From an uncultured Gammaproteobacteria bacterium (GTDB lineage: Bacteria > Pseudomonadota > Gammaproteobacteria > Magnimaribacterales > D2472), in the NCBI GenBank assembly GCA_964343355.1, contig CAYFJC010000001.1, positions 111-64,110 of the forward strand: DNA of 64,000 nucleotides. Reading direction: 5' to 3'. A program made the translations under genes and the position numbers. The notes below the pieces were generated by a model. It saw nothing but the letters and a program-made list of their open reading frames with translations. It ran no database searches and had not been told where the DNA came from. Below are positions 9,450 to 18,189 of the stretch, piece by piece; position 1 is the first letter of the stretch; each line of letters begins with the position of its first letter.

Positions 9450-12400
9450 TTAATTTTTTATTATCGTTAATTTAGATTTTGTATTCTTTGCCTCAGCTGC
9501 ATTCTGTACTTTTAATTTAGAGATCATAGAAGATGCGCTTAGGCCTCCTCCGCTTGATCGAGTTTTAAGATATACACTTGTAGCCTCAACATCTCTATCA
9601 ACTAGAGTAAAGAATTCATATTGTGATGTAACTTCAGGGTACTGCTCCCAAATCTCTCCTGTACCTCTAATATAGCCATCACTATCAATATTGGTAGAGA
9701 AAAGCCAATAATAACTTCCTATATCAATATCACTAACGTTAAAGGTTAAGCCACCAGCACCTAGCTGAACTCTCCAACCTTTATAATATTCGCCATCTTC
9801 ATCATAAAGATACGCTAGTACATATCCAATCTCCGGACTGGTTCTTTCTGCACCAGAAGAATATGTAAAGGTAACATTCGATTTAGTACCGTCGCTTAAT
9901 TCGGCAATAATACTTCCAGTATAAGTACCATCAGGAACTTCTCCTCTTGTAAGAGTAACTTTATAAGTTCCATAACCATCGCTATCAACATCGATTGTTG
10001 AAATTGATGTTAGTGAAGAATTGGATGAAACTAATTGAGTAACAGTAAGATCACCAGTTCCCACTTTACTCACAGTTATTGTCTTTTCAGTATCTGTATA
10101 ACCAAATACAAAAGAACCAGGAGTTATGGTTGCATATGTAAAATCAAGTCCGCCATCAATTAAGTTGGTAAAGGCTTTATCAAGGTTTATTAACCCATAA
10201 CCAAATTCATCATCCTTGCCTTCTGTTCCTATGTCATCAGTAAAGAAACCAGATTTAATAAATGCTTCCATTTGAATAGCATCCCATTCAGGTTTTAACG
10301 CGTATATTAAAGCAATAGCTGCAGAGGCATGAGGAGCTGCCATAGATGTTCCTTGATAATAAGTAAGATTTTCACTTCCATCAAAAGCCAAAATACCATC
10401 AGACTGACCATCACCATTTAAATCAGTACCTGTAGTTCCACCTGGAGCTGCTAGATCTACTGCATCATTGTAAGTTGAATAATATGCTCTTTGTGAAAGA
10501 GGATTAACTGCGGCAACTGAAATAACATTATCGCACGATGCGGGATAACCCTTAATTCCAGGAGATTCTTCAGCACTATTACCAGATGAAGCAACAACAG
10601 TTACACCACTATTAGTAACATCTAGAATTGCATTTCTATAAGCTGTGCTACAACCACCACCTATACTGCCTAAGCTCATATTTACTACTTTAATAGGTGC
10701 TGAGCCTGCGTAAACTTGGCCTGTAATATTAGGAAGTCCAGCAGCAAATAACATAGAGTTTGTAACGTCTGATTGTGAAGCTCCTCCACTAGGACCAAAG
10801 ACTCTAAATGGAACAGTATGAATTCCAAATCCGTTTATATTATTTCCATCATTTGCCGCAGAAATTGTTGTAGCTACATGAGTTCCATGAGAGTTACTTG
10901 CAACATCAACTGCGTCAGTAGGATCAAAATCATTATCAATAAAATCAAAACCGCCATCTAAGAAATGAGAGGTTGTCCATGCAGATGATGTTGTGTTTGG
11001 TGAACCAGAATCAATTACAGCAACAGCAACATCTTTAACCTCTTGACCTGTTGCATTGAGAACTTTCTCTAAGCCCATTAATTGAAGACCCCACTGATAA
11101 TCCCAATAAGTATCTTTGGTAAAACCAAGTTTTTGATAAATCTTATTAAACTCGAGATTTAGTTTAGGATTAATATTTTTATAATGCTGGAGAATTTTCC
11201 ATTGTTTTAAATATAAAACTTGTTCGGAATTATTAGCTATTAAATCTTTAGAATCTAGATATGTTTCACTTCCAAATATAGTTGAATATTCATTTTCAAG
11301 ATTGAATTCAATAACTCTTAATCCCATGAAATCTGAATTATCGATATAAGAAAGTTTTTGATTTAGATCTTCATTTTGATTAAATTCAGGATATATATCC
11401 TCATAGGTATCAAGTTTACCTGAGAAGGATCTGTAAGATATAAACTCTCCTTTAACAAAGGCATCTTTGGAAGGAGTAAAGCTTGTACTTGATGCAGAAC
11501 CGCCTGGAGCAAGTAGTAAAGTATATTTACTAGCGCCTACGTCTTTTGCAACAACTGCATAATAAATACCAGAATCTGGAAGATTAATTTTTTGGTATTC
11601 ATCTGATGAGTCTGTAGTATATGAAAAATCAGTTATGACTCCATTTGCGTTATATAAAAGAAGTAGTGGTTTGTTAGTTACTATTGTGGTGTTACCGTCA
11701 GCATCCTCAACTTCTTGCTGATAATCTTCTACTGCAAGTTCAATCTGAAGTCCTGGAACAGTATCAATTTTATACCAATCTTCAGGGTCATCTCTTTGAA
11801 CAGAGTTATAAGATACATTTCCTTCTGCATCAAAAATTACATTACCATCTTCATCTCTAACAATAACTTCGACAAGCTTATCACCAACAAAACCAGTAAC
11901 TTCACTTGGGGTTATTAAGGTTGCAGCATCTTCTTTCGTATTATTAGGCACCTCAGGATAACCAACACCATTATTCATAGGTGTAGGAACATCTCCATCT
12001 AAGACTGTTGTGTTAGAGGTAAGAATGGTTTGTGTTAACGAGAAGGTATCTTTTAAATCTGTAACCTGAACGGTAAGATTTTGTTCTCTTGTTAAGCTAT
12101 TAGTGGTGTCTGTTACTGTAAAAGTAAGTTCGTAGTTATTGTCAGCATCAGCATCTGTTGGACCTTCATAATTAGCACCTTCTAGAGCATTAAATCTCAA
12201 GAAGCCGTTGGAGCCAAGTAAAAATTCAGCTGCATCAGCACCAGTCATAGTTACATCACCAAAGTCATCACCCTCAGGATCGACAACTTCTAAAGTTAGA
12301 ACAGTATTATCATTTTCTTCTATTAAGAAAACAGCAGGAAGGCCTACAAACTCCGGCGCCTCTGAAACATCAGTAATAATTATGCTAACTGCTTGAGCAA

Positions 12401-15400
12401 CTTCATTGCTTCCATCTGAAATTACAACATTAATTTCATATGTATTATTTGTATTAGCATCTGTTGGAACCTCATAATTAGAGGTAGCTGCAAAAGCTAA
12501 AACTCCACCTGTTGATAGAGTAAAGTCATCCGCATCATCACCAGTTAGTGAGAATGTTATTGCATTACCATCAGGATCTGAAGCGCTCACAGTAACAACA
12601 TCAATGGTATTTTCTTCTAGTGTATAAGAGGACTCTAAATCAGTGAATGTTGGAGGATCATTTGTTTCAAGAACAGTAACCGTTCCTGATTTTGTTGAGG
12701 TATTAACTGAATCATCTGCTTTTACAGTAAATTCATATACGTTATCACCATCAGTGTCAGTTGGTGATGCAAAAGAAGGACTTGAATTAAATACAATAAC
12801 TCCTTCTGAAGAAATAGATAACGCAGCAGCATCTGCACCAATTAGTGAAAGCGTTGGGGTGTCACCGTCAGCATCTGTAACTGTTACTGTTAAGACTGAC
12901 GTTTGTCCGTTAGAAACTTCTGTATTTGCAGCGAAGTCAGCAATAACAGGAGCATTATCATTAGCATTAGATACGTTAATGGTAATAGTTTGTGTTGCTG
13001 ATAAATTACCATCAGAAACTGTTGCTGTTGCCGTATAAGTTGTTTTTGTCTCGTAATCAGGCGCGGCTATAAAAGATAATTGTCCTGCTGCGCTTATAGA
13101 TAATTCAGATCCTGAGATAGAGAAACTCATTGAGTTTCCGTCTGCATCAGTTGCTGTAACTGTTCCAATAGCTGTTTGGTTTTCCGCAGCGCTAAATGAA
13201 GCAGATGAGGTAAATACTGGTGCGTTATCATTTAAGTTATTAATACTTACTGTAATATTTTGCGTAACTGAAGCCACGCCATCACTCACAGTAATAGTTG
13301 CTGTATATGAAGACTTAGTTTCATAGTCAGGAACCGATGCAAAGGATAAGGCGCCGCTATCTGTAATAAGCAGCTCTGATCCCGATACGCTAAAGCTTAA
13401 CGAGCTATCATCAGCATCACTTGCTGTAACTGTAGCTATAGAAGTTTGATTTTCATCCGAACTAAAGCTTGCAGAAGATGTGAATACTGGTGCATTGTCA
13501 TTTAAGTTATTTACATTAACAGTTATAGCCTGTGTAGCTGATAGATCACCATCAGATGCAGTAACTGTTGCTGAATATGAAGATTTTGTTTCATAGTCAG
13601 GTGCTGTTACAAAAGACAAAGTGCCGTCTGAGGTTAAGGCTAAATCTGATCCTGAAATACTAAATGTTATAGACGAGCTATCAACATCATCTGCCGTAAC
13701 TGAACCAATGGTTGTTTGGTTTTCATCTGCATCAAAACTCGCTAAAGAAGTAAAGGTTGGCATCTCATTAACATCAGTAACATTTACAGTAATACTTTGA
13801 GTAGATGAATTAATTCCATCTGTTGCTGTTAGAGTTGCTGTATATGAAGGAGTTGTTTCAAAATCAGGCGCTGTTACAAAAGTAATAACACCTCCTGAAG
13901 TTACGGCTAGATCTGTCCCTGAAATGCTGAATGTTATAGATGAGCTATCAACATCTGTAGCGGTCGCAGTTCCAATAGTTGTTTGATTTTCTGGTGCACT
14001 AAAGGTTGCAGAAGATGTAATCACAGGAGCGACATCATCAACATCTGTAATTGCTACTGATATAGCTTGAGTAATCGCGGTTGCTCCATCAGTTACTGTT
14101 ACAGTGGCAGAATAGCTTGTTGTTGTTTCATAATCAGGTGCTGTTACAAAAGTTAGGATTCCTGATGAGGTTATAGCTAGCTCAGAACCAGTAATTGAGA
14201 ATGTTAATGAAAGATTATCAGCATCAGAAGCTGTAACAGTGCCAATAGTTGTCTGGTTTTCAGCAGCACTAAAACTGGCTAAAGAAGTAAATACTGGAGG
14301 GTTATCATTTAAGTTGTTGATACTTACTGTTAGATTCTGATCAGTTGTAGCAATTTCACCTGTAGCTGAAACTACAACTGAGTAAGTAGATTTTGTTTCA
14401 TAATCAGTTGCTGAATTGAATACCAACACTCCAGAACTAGAATCAAGAGTCATTACACTAGCGTCAGTCCCTGAAAGCGCATAGACAACTGTTGCGTCGA
14501 ATGGATCGACTGCTAATACTGTACCAATTTCAGTTTGATTCTCATCAGCATTTAGAGTTGCTGGTGTAGAGAAAACTGGGCCCTCAACATCAACATCAGA
14601 AATATTTACTTGAATATCTTGATCAGTTGTATTTACTCCATCAGAGGCAGTTACTTTTGCTGAGAATGAAGCTAGAGTTTCAAAATCTGGTCTTTGGCTA
14701 AATGTTAAAGCTCCTGAGTTAGAGGCACTTATTGCAGGAAAGCTGTTAGTGCTTGAGCTTACATCGCTACCCATTCCAGGATGAACGCTACAGTAATAAT
14801 ATAAAGCTGCAGGTGTATCTGCAGATACTGTGATAAGAGTAACTCCATCTGTTGAAGTATCAACACCGGCTGTATAAGCCTCGCCACTAGCATGCGTTCC
14901 ATCAGAAGTTGTTGAAAATCTAAATGGGTGAGCTGTTGGATGTTCGAGTCTATAAGTTTTACCAACTTCAAGGAAAAGTGGTTTCTTTTGGGCTCCACTG
15001 ATCACGTAGACATTGCCTGATCCGCTAGCATTAGCAGCTACAGAAACTTCTATTTTTTGAGTAACAGAGTTATCTACAGAATAGGTAATTGTATTCCCAT
15101 CATCAGCATCAGTCGTAGTAACTGAACCAATATCGAGTTGATTTTCAGCTATATTAAATGTTGTCTCAGATGTAAATACAGGAGCATTATCATTAACATC
15201 GATAACACTTACAGAAATATCTTGAGAACCTGAATTTACTCCATCAGATGCAGTAACTGTTGCTGAATATGAAGTTTTAGCTTCATAATCTGGCGTATCT
15301 ACAAATGATAAAACTCCAACAGAGGTAATGGATAACTCAGAACCAGAAATACTATATGTCAGTGATTGAGTATCAGCATCTGTCGCTACAACAGCACCAA

Positions 15401-17456
15401 TTGAAGATTGATTTTCGTTTGCACTAAAAGCTGCTGAAGAAGTGAAATTAGTTGGATTGTCATTTAAGTTAGTTATATCAATAGTTATATTTTCAGTTAG
15501 CTGATTTAGACCATCAGATACCGTTACCGCAGTTGTATATGATGATTTTGTTTCATAATCTGGAGCTACTACAAATGTTAACAATCCACTGCTTGTAATA
15601 GATACTTCGGAGCCGGTGTTGGAATATATAAGGGCATCTAGATCTGCATCTGAAGCATTAACGTTACCAATAGCAGTTTGGTTTTCAGGCGCATCAAAAG
15701 CTAATAAGGCAATAATAGGATTATTATCATTAAGATTATTTAGGTTAACTATTACATCTTTACTTAGTGTGTCTATTCCATCTGTAACAGAGACAGTTAT
15801 GGCATATGAACTTTGCTCTTCATAGTCTGGTGATGATGCAAAACTTAAAACATTTTCAGAAGATAAATTGAAACTTGTAGCATCTGCTCCAGTGATTGAA
15901 ACAGTTAGAGGCTCACTTTCTACATCACTTACATCGATACTAGTAACTGCTGTCTGATTTTCATCAACTGTATAATTTGTAAGTAGATTAGTAAATTTTG
16001 GAATATCATTCACTGAAGTAACAGTAATTGATATGCTTGATACAGAAGTTTGTCCAGCTTGGCTTAGTGTATAAGTAATTTCATCACTTCCAAAGAAATC
16101 ACTATCAGGAGTATAAGAAACTATATTATTAGATATTGATGCTGATCCATTAGTTGGTGCATCAATAGCAACAGATAATGTTGCAGTCGTATTGAAGGAA
16201 TCATTTGCTAGAACATTAATATCAATAGAGGTATCTTCATTAATAATAACTTTATCTGAAAGAGCGGTAATATCTGGAACTAGATCATTAACATCTACAT
16301 TTTGATCAGTAGCAACATAATTCAAAATATCTGTTTGATAACTAGTAAGAGTTGCAGTGGTAGCTGTTCCATTGGCTATTGCCTGAGCATCTGTTTGCAG
16401 GGTGCTAGTTGCAAAATCAAATATAGCAGTCGTATTCGCATCGCTAGCTTTGACCTGAACCACGGGAAGTACGGCAGCTAGTGCACTTATTGTATTAGCT
16501 TTATTAGTATCATCTAAGGTTAGAGATTTAAGAGTTATAACGTTATTTAGAACTTTAGTTATAAAAGCTTCCGTTTCAATATTAACTCTGGTTTCAGTAG
16601 CTGTATATTCTGTATCAAGCTCTTCAGCTATAGCTTTAAAATAGTCTTGAGTGGTCTCTGTTGTGGTATTGAGGTTATTCGTAATATTTTGCAGTGCGTA
16701 AGCAAGAATTGTGAGCTGGTTACCCTTCTCATATAAATAATCATTAATCCCGCCATCACCCTTTCCTACAACTGGATCAACAACACCAATATCAAGACTT
16801 GAATCTATACCAAGAGCTGCATTAACTAGACTGGCATCAGCCATAAATGCTGCAACTGAAGTAACTGGAGTAACAGCTTTAAAATCTGAATGACCAGCAA
16901 GCTTATGGATGATTAAAAGATTGTCTAAAGCATTACCAGAATCAAGATCGGTACCACCTAAACTAATAAGGTTTCCGTCTGAATATTTGATGGTGAATTT
17001 ACCATCATTATCCGATGTCGTTGTATCTTCATCACCATCAGCGGTATATGAATCATTGGTATCAATAAAAATATCAGCTTGTCTAATGTAGCCATCAACA
17101 GAAACACCATCAGTATTTCTATAACCTTCAACAATAGCTGAAGCAGATGCAGAGCCACCAGCACCAGTACAATTAATTCCAAAAGTATTGTCACCTGGAG
17201 TTGAGATAGTTACATCCTCGGTTCCGCTAATAGCCTTAGTGCCTGTCCAAGTTCCAGAAGCAGAACATGAAGTAGCATTAGTAGAAGACCAGGTTAAGGT
17301 AATAACCGTATCAAGAATAACAGAAGAAGATGATGCGCTAAGGGCTGCAGTCGGACTTGGCTCTGGAGGAGTTGGTGAACCACCGCCCCCACCGCCGCCA
17401 CATGCAGCAATAAATACTAAAGAAAACGCTATTGATATTAGATTTTTTATAAACAT
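9450..17456 (-). CDS. Giant (2668 aa) lipoprotein: Ig-like domain, about 13 cadherin-like repeats, cupredoxin-like module, PPC domain, subtilase (S8) domain, C-terminal beta-rich region
   Basis: Single uninterrupted ORF. The signal peptide has lipobox FIAAC followed by Gly7. Repeats carry DxD / xNDNxP calcium-site signatures (LNDNAPVF, ASDADDSSL etc.). The S8 triad motifs are AVIDSG, HGTHVA and GTSMAAPH. Confidence 0.9.
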   Translation of the reverse strand: MFIKNLISIAFSLVFIAACGGGGGGGSPTPPEPSPTAALSASSSSVILDTVITLTWSSTNATSCSASGTWTGTKAISGTEDVTISTPGDNTFGINCTGAGGSASASAIVEGYRNTDGVSVDGYIRQADIFIDTNDSYTADGDEDTTTSDNDGKFTIKYSDGNLISLGGTDLDSGNALDNLLIIHKLAGHSDFKAVTPVTSVAAFMADASLVNAALGIDSSLDIGVVDPVVGKGDGGINDYLYEKGNQLTILAYALQNITNNLNTTTETTQDYFKAIAEELDTEYTATETRVNIETEAFITKVLNNVITLKSLTLDDTNKANTISALAAVLPVVQVKASDANTTAIFDFATSTLQTDAQAIANGTATTATLTSYQTDILNYVATDQNVDVNDLVPDITALSDKVIINEDTSIDINVLANDSFNTTATLSVAIDAPTNGSASISNNIVSYTPDSDFFGSDEITYTLSQAGQTSVSSISITVTSVNDIPKFTNLLTNYTVDENQTAVTSIDVSDVESEPLTVSITGADATSFNLSSENVLSFASSPDYEEQSSYAITVSVTDGIDTLSKDVIVNLNNLNDNNPIIALLAFDAPENQTAIGNVNASDADLDALIYSNTGSEVSITSSGLLTFVVAPDYETKSSYTTAVTVSDGLNQLTENITIDITNLNDNPTNFTSSAAFSANENQSSIGAVVATDADTQSLTYSISGSELSITSVGVLSFVDTPDYEAKTSYSATVTASDGVNSGSQDISVSVIDVNDNAPVFTSETTFNIAENQLDIGSVTTTDADDGNTITYSVDNSVTQKIEVSVAANASGSGNVYVISGAQKKPLFLEVGKTYRLEHPTAHPFRFSTTSDGTHASGEAYTAGVDTSTDGVTLITVSADTPAALYYYCSVHPGMGSDVSSSTNSFPAISASNSGALTFSQRPDFETLASFSAKVTASDGVNTTDQDIQVNISDVDVEGPVFSTPATLNADENQTEIGTVLAVDPFDATVVYALSGTDASVMTLDSSSGVLVFNSATDYETKSTYSVVVSATGEIATTDQNLTVSINNLNDNPPVFTSLASFSAAENQTTIGTVTASDADNLSLTFSITGSELAITSSGILTFVTAPDYETTTSYSATVTVTDGATAITQAISVAITDVDDVAPVITSSATFSAPENQTTIGTATATDVDSSSITFSISGTDLAVTSGGVITFVTAPDFETTPSYTATLTATDGINSSTQSITVNVTDVNEMPTFTSLASFDADENQTTIGSVTADDVDSSSITFSISGSDLALTSDGTLSFVTAPDYETKSSYSATVTASDGDLSATQAITVNVNNLNDNAPVFTSSASFSSDENQTSIATVTASDADDSSLSFSVSGSELLITDSGALSFASVPDYETKSSYTATITVSDGVASVTQNITVSINNLNDNAPVFTSSASFSAAENQTAIGTVTATDADGNSMSFSISGSELSISAAGQLSFIAAPDYETKTTYTATATVSDGNLSATQTITINVSNANDNAPVIADFAANTEVSNGQTSVLTVTVTDADGDTPTLSLIGADAAALSISSEGVIVFNSSPSFASPTDTDGDNVYEFTVKADDSVNTSTKSGTVTVLETNDPPTFTDLESSYTLEENTIDVVTVSASDPDGNAITFSLTGDDADDFTLSTGGVLAFAATSNYEVPTDANTNNTYEINVVISDGSNEVAQAVSIIITDVSEAPEFVGLPAVFLIEENDNTVLTLEVVDPEGDDFGDVTMTGADAAEFLLGSNGFLRFNALEGANYEGPTDADADNNYELTFTVTDTTNSLTREQNLTVQVTDLKDTFSLTQTILTSNTTVLDGDVPTPMNNGVGYPEVPNNTKEDAATLITPSEVTGFVGDKLVEVIVRDEDGNVIFDAEGNVSYNSVQRDDPEDWYKIDTVPGLQIELAVEDYQQEVEDADGNTTIVTNKPLLLLYNANGVITDFSYTTDSSDEYQKINLPDSGIYYAVVAKDVGASKYTLLLAPGGSASSTSFTPSKDAFVKGEFISYRSFSGKLDTYEDIYPEFNQNEDLNQKLSYIDNSDFMGLRVIEFNLENEYSTIFGSETYLDSKDLIANNSEQVLYLKQWKILQHYKNINPKLNLEFNKIYQKLGFTKDTYWDYQWGLQLMGLEKVLNATGQEVKDVAVAVIDSGSPNTTSSAWTTSHFLDGGFDFIDNDFDPTDAVDVASNSHGTHVATTISAANDGNNINGFGIHTVPFRVFGPSGGASQSDVTNSMLFAAGLPNITGQVYAGSAPIKVVNMSLGSIGGGCSTAYRNAILDVTNSGVTVVASSGNSAEESPGIKGYPASCDNVISVAAVNPLSQRAYYSTYNDAVDLAAPGGTTGTDLNGDGQSDGILAFDGSENLTYYQGTSMAAPHASAAIALIYALKPEWDAIQMEAFIKSGFFTDDIGTEGKDDEFGYGLINLDKAFTNLIDGGLDFTYATITPGSFVFGYTDTEKTITVSKVGTGDLTVTQLVSSNSSLTSISTIDVDSDGYGTYKVTLTRGEVPDGTYTGSIIAELSDGTKSNVTFTYSSGAERTSPEIGYVLAYLYDEDGEYYKGWRVQLGAGGLTFNVSDIDIGSYYWLFSTNIDSDGYIRGTGEIWEQYPEVTSQYEFFTLVDRDVEATSVYLKTRSSGGGLSASSMISKLKVQNAAEAKNTKSKLTIIKN
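10167..11105 (-). other. Subtilisin-like serine protease (S8) catalytic domain, aa about 2118-2430
   Basis: The catalytic residues are Asp2149 (VAVIDSGS, codon 11012-11010), His2190 (SHGTHVATT, 10889-10887) and Ser2371 (GTSMAAPH, 10346-10344). They occur in the canonical D-H-S order. Confidence 0.85.
11505..11945 (-). other. Pre-peptidase C-terminal (PPC)-like domain, here placed N-terminal to the protease
   Basis: DPEDWYKIDTVPGLQIELAV ... GIYYAVVAKDVGASKYTLLLAPGG (aa about 1838-1984). The DWY..., YY..V and YTL... patterns are typical of PPC beta-sandwiches. Confidence 0.5.
12055..16010 (-). repeat. In-frame tandem array of cadherin-like repeats (period about 270 nt / 90 aa where measured)
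   Basis: Repeat boundaries read VNDIPKF, LNDNNPII, LNDNPTNF, VNDNAPVF, VDVEGPVF, LNDNPPVF, VDDVAPVI, VNEMPTF, LNDNAPVF (x2), ANDNAPVI, TNDPPTF, VSEAPEF. Two neighbouring PVF codon sets at 13220 and 13490 are exactly 270 nt apart. Copies are diverged: about 65% aa identity between neighbours (by eye), rising to about 80% nt in short stretches. Confidence 0.8.
14742..15068 (-). other. Cupredoxin-like (type-1 copper-like) module inserted in the repeat array, aa about 797-905
   Basis: The segment reads ...GKTYRLEHPTAHPFRFS...(45 aa)...LYYYCSVHPGMG. I place His843, Cys889, His892 and Met895 by counting codons (Cys codon at 14792-14790). The His-to-Cys spacing of 46 and the C-x2-H-x2-M pattern match amicyanin-type blue copper sites. 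Confidence 0.55.
17400..17456 (-). other. Signal peptide with lipobox (aa 1-19) of the giant protein
   Basis: MFIKNLISIAFSLVFIAAC: a basic N-terminus, a hydrophobic core and I-A-A-C, then GGGGGGGSPTPPEPSP. Confidence 0.8.
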
Positions 17457-17495
17457 AAGAATGGCCCCTACAAGCCCCTAGTTTTAAAGAGTTTT

Positions 17496-17891
17496 TTAAA
17501 GGTAATAGTCTATCTTATTTTTGCGGTTTTTGTGAGCAAACCATACCAAAATAAGTAAAGATAATTCAAGCATCCAAGAGTAAAAAGTAAAGGTAAGATA
17601 TCCTTCATAAAAAAGACTAATAATTCTTCCAATATTGATGCAAACCAAGATGTATATGATGATTGACGAAACCGTTACATTTGATGATGAGGTAAGAAAT
17701 CTTAGCAATAGATAGCCAAACGCCAACAAAGATCCACCAAAGACAGCCCTTAGTTCTCCTGCAGTCTCTGGATTGTTGATAGTAAAAGGAAATACGGTCG
17801 AAGATAGGTCACTTTTTAGCATTATGTAGCAACCCATAAGTAGAAAAAAACAAGTAAATAAAACTAATATAAGTTTAACTAATTTTTCCAT
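17496..17891 (-). CDS. Small 4-TM membrane protein (DUF4345-like), immediately upstream of the giant gene
   Basis: 131 aa. It shares motifs with the 6092..6517 product. Its start overlaps the stop of the upstream 70-aa ORF by 1 nt (TAATG). Confidence 0.5.
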   Translation of the reverse strand: MEKLVKLILVLFTCFFLLMGCYIMLKSDLSSTVFPFTINNPETAGELRAVFGGSLLAFGYLLLRFLTSSSNVTVSSIIIYILVCINIGRIISLFYEGYLTFTFYSWMLELSLLILVWFAHKNRKNKIDYYL

Positions 17892-18103
17892 TAAATAGCT
17901 CCCAGCATCTTAAGTGCAAGCAGGAATGAAACAAAGCCAAGCGCAATCCAAAAATACATTTCTTTAGGATTTTGAAATCTATAAGAATTTATAGCTTTAA
18001 TACAACAAAAAATAGGTGCAAAAACTATCACCCCATAGCCTATTAATATAGCTAAAGGTATGAAAGCTAAAAAGAGGAAAAGCTGTAATATCCATTTATT
18101 CAT
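17891..18103 (-). CDS. Small 2-TM membrane protein, hypothetical
   Basis: 70 aa with two hydrophobic helices. It appears translationally coupled to the next ORF. No recognisable motif. Confidence 0.4.
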   Translation of the reverse strand: MNKWILQLFLFLAFIPLAILIGYGVIVFAPIFCCIKAINSYRFQNPKEMYFWIALGFVSFLLALKMLGAI

Positions 18104-18189
18104 TCAAGTAATTCTATAAGACTACGAATTTATAATAAAGTCAATTTTAAGAAAATTTTATGGCTTAAGTGTGAACGTAACCCAAAGTA

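Noticed and set aside
12643-13038. 131-aa ORF, plus several other 60-100-aa ORFs (11715, 12208, 14759, 15616, 16909, 16958, 17188), lying inside or antisense to the giant gene
   Set aside because: They lie entirely within the 8-kb ORF, which has strong motif support. Their translations are low-complexity Ser/Val/Thr strings typical of shadow frames of repetitive coding DNA.
12055-16010. The regular DNA repeats could be a CRISPR array or satellite
   Set aside because: The period is about 270 nt, the repeats are in frame within one ORF, and they are diverged and encode cadherin-like domains. There is no short repeat/spacer architecture and there are no cas genes.
17376-17402. The poly-Gly-encoding tract as a phase-variation (slipped-strand) switch
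   Set aside because: The codons are mixed (ggt/ggc/gga; the longest homopolymer run is 5 C on the + strand). It is therefore not a simple-sequence contingency tract.
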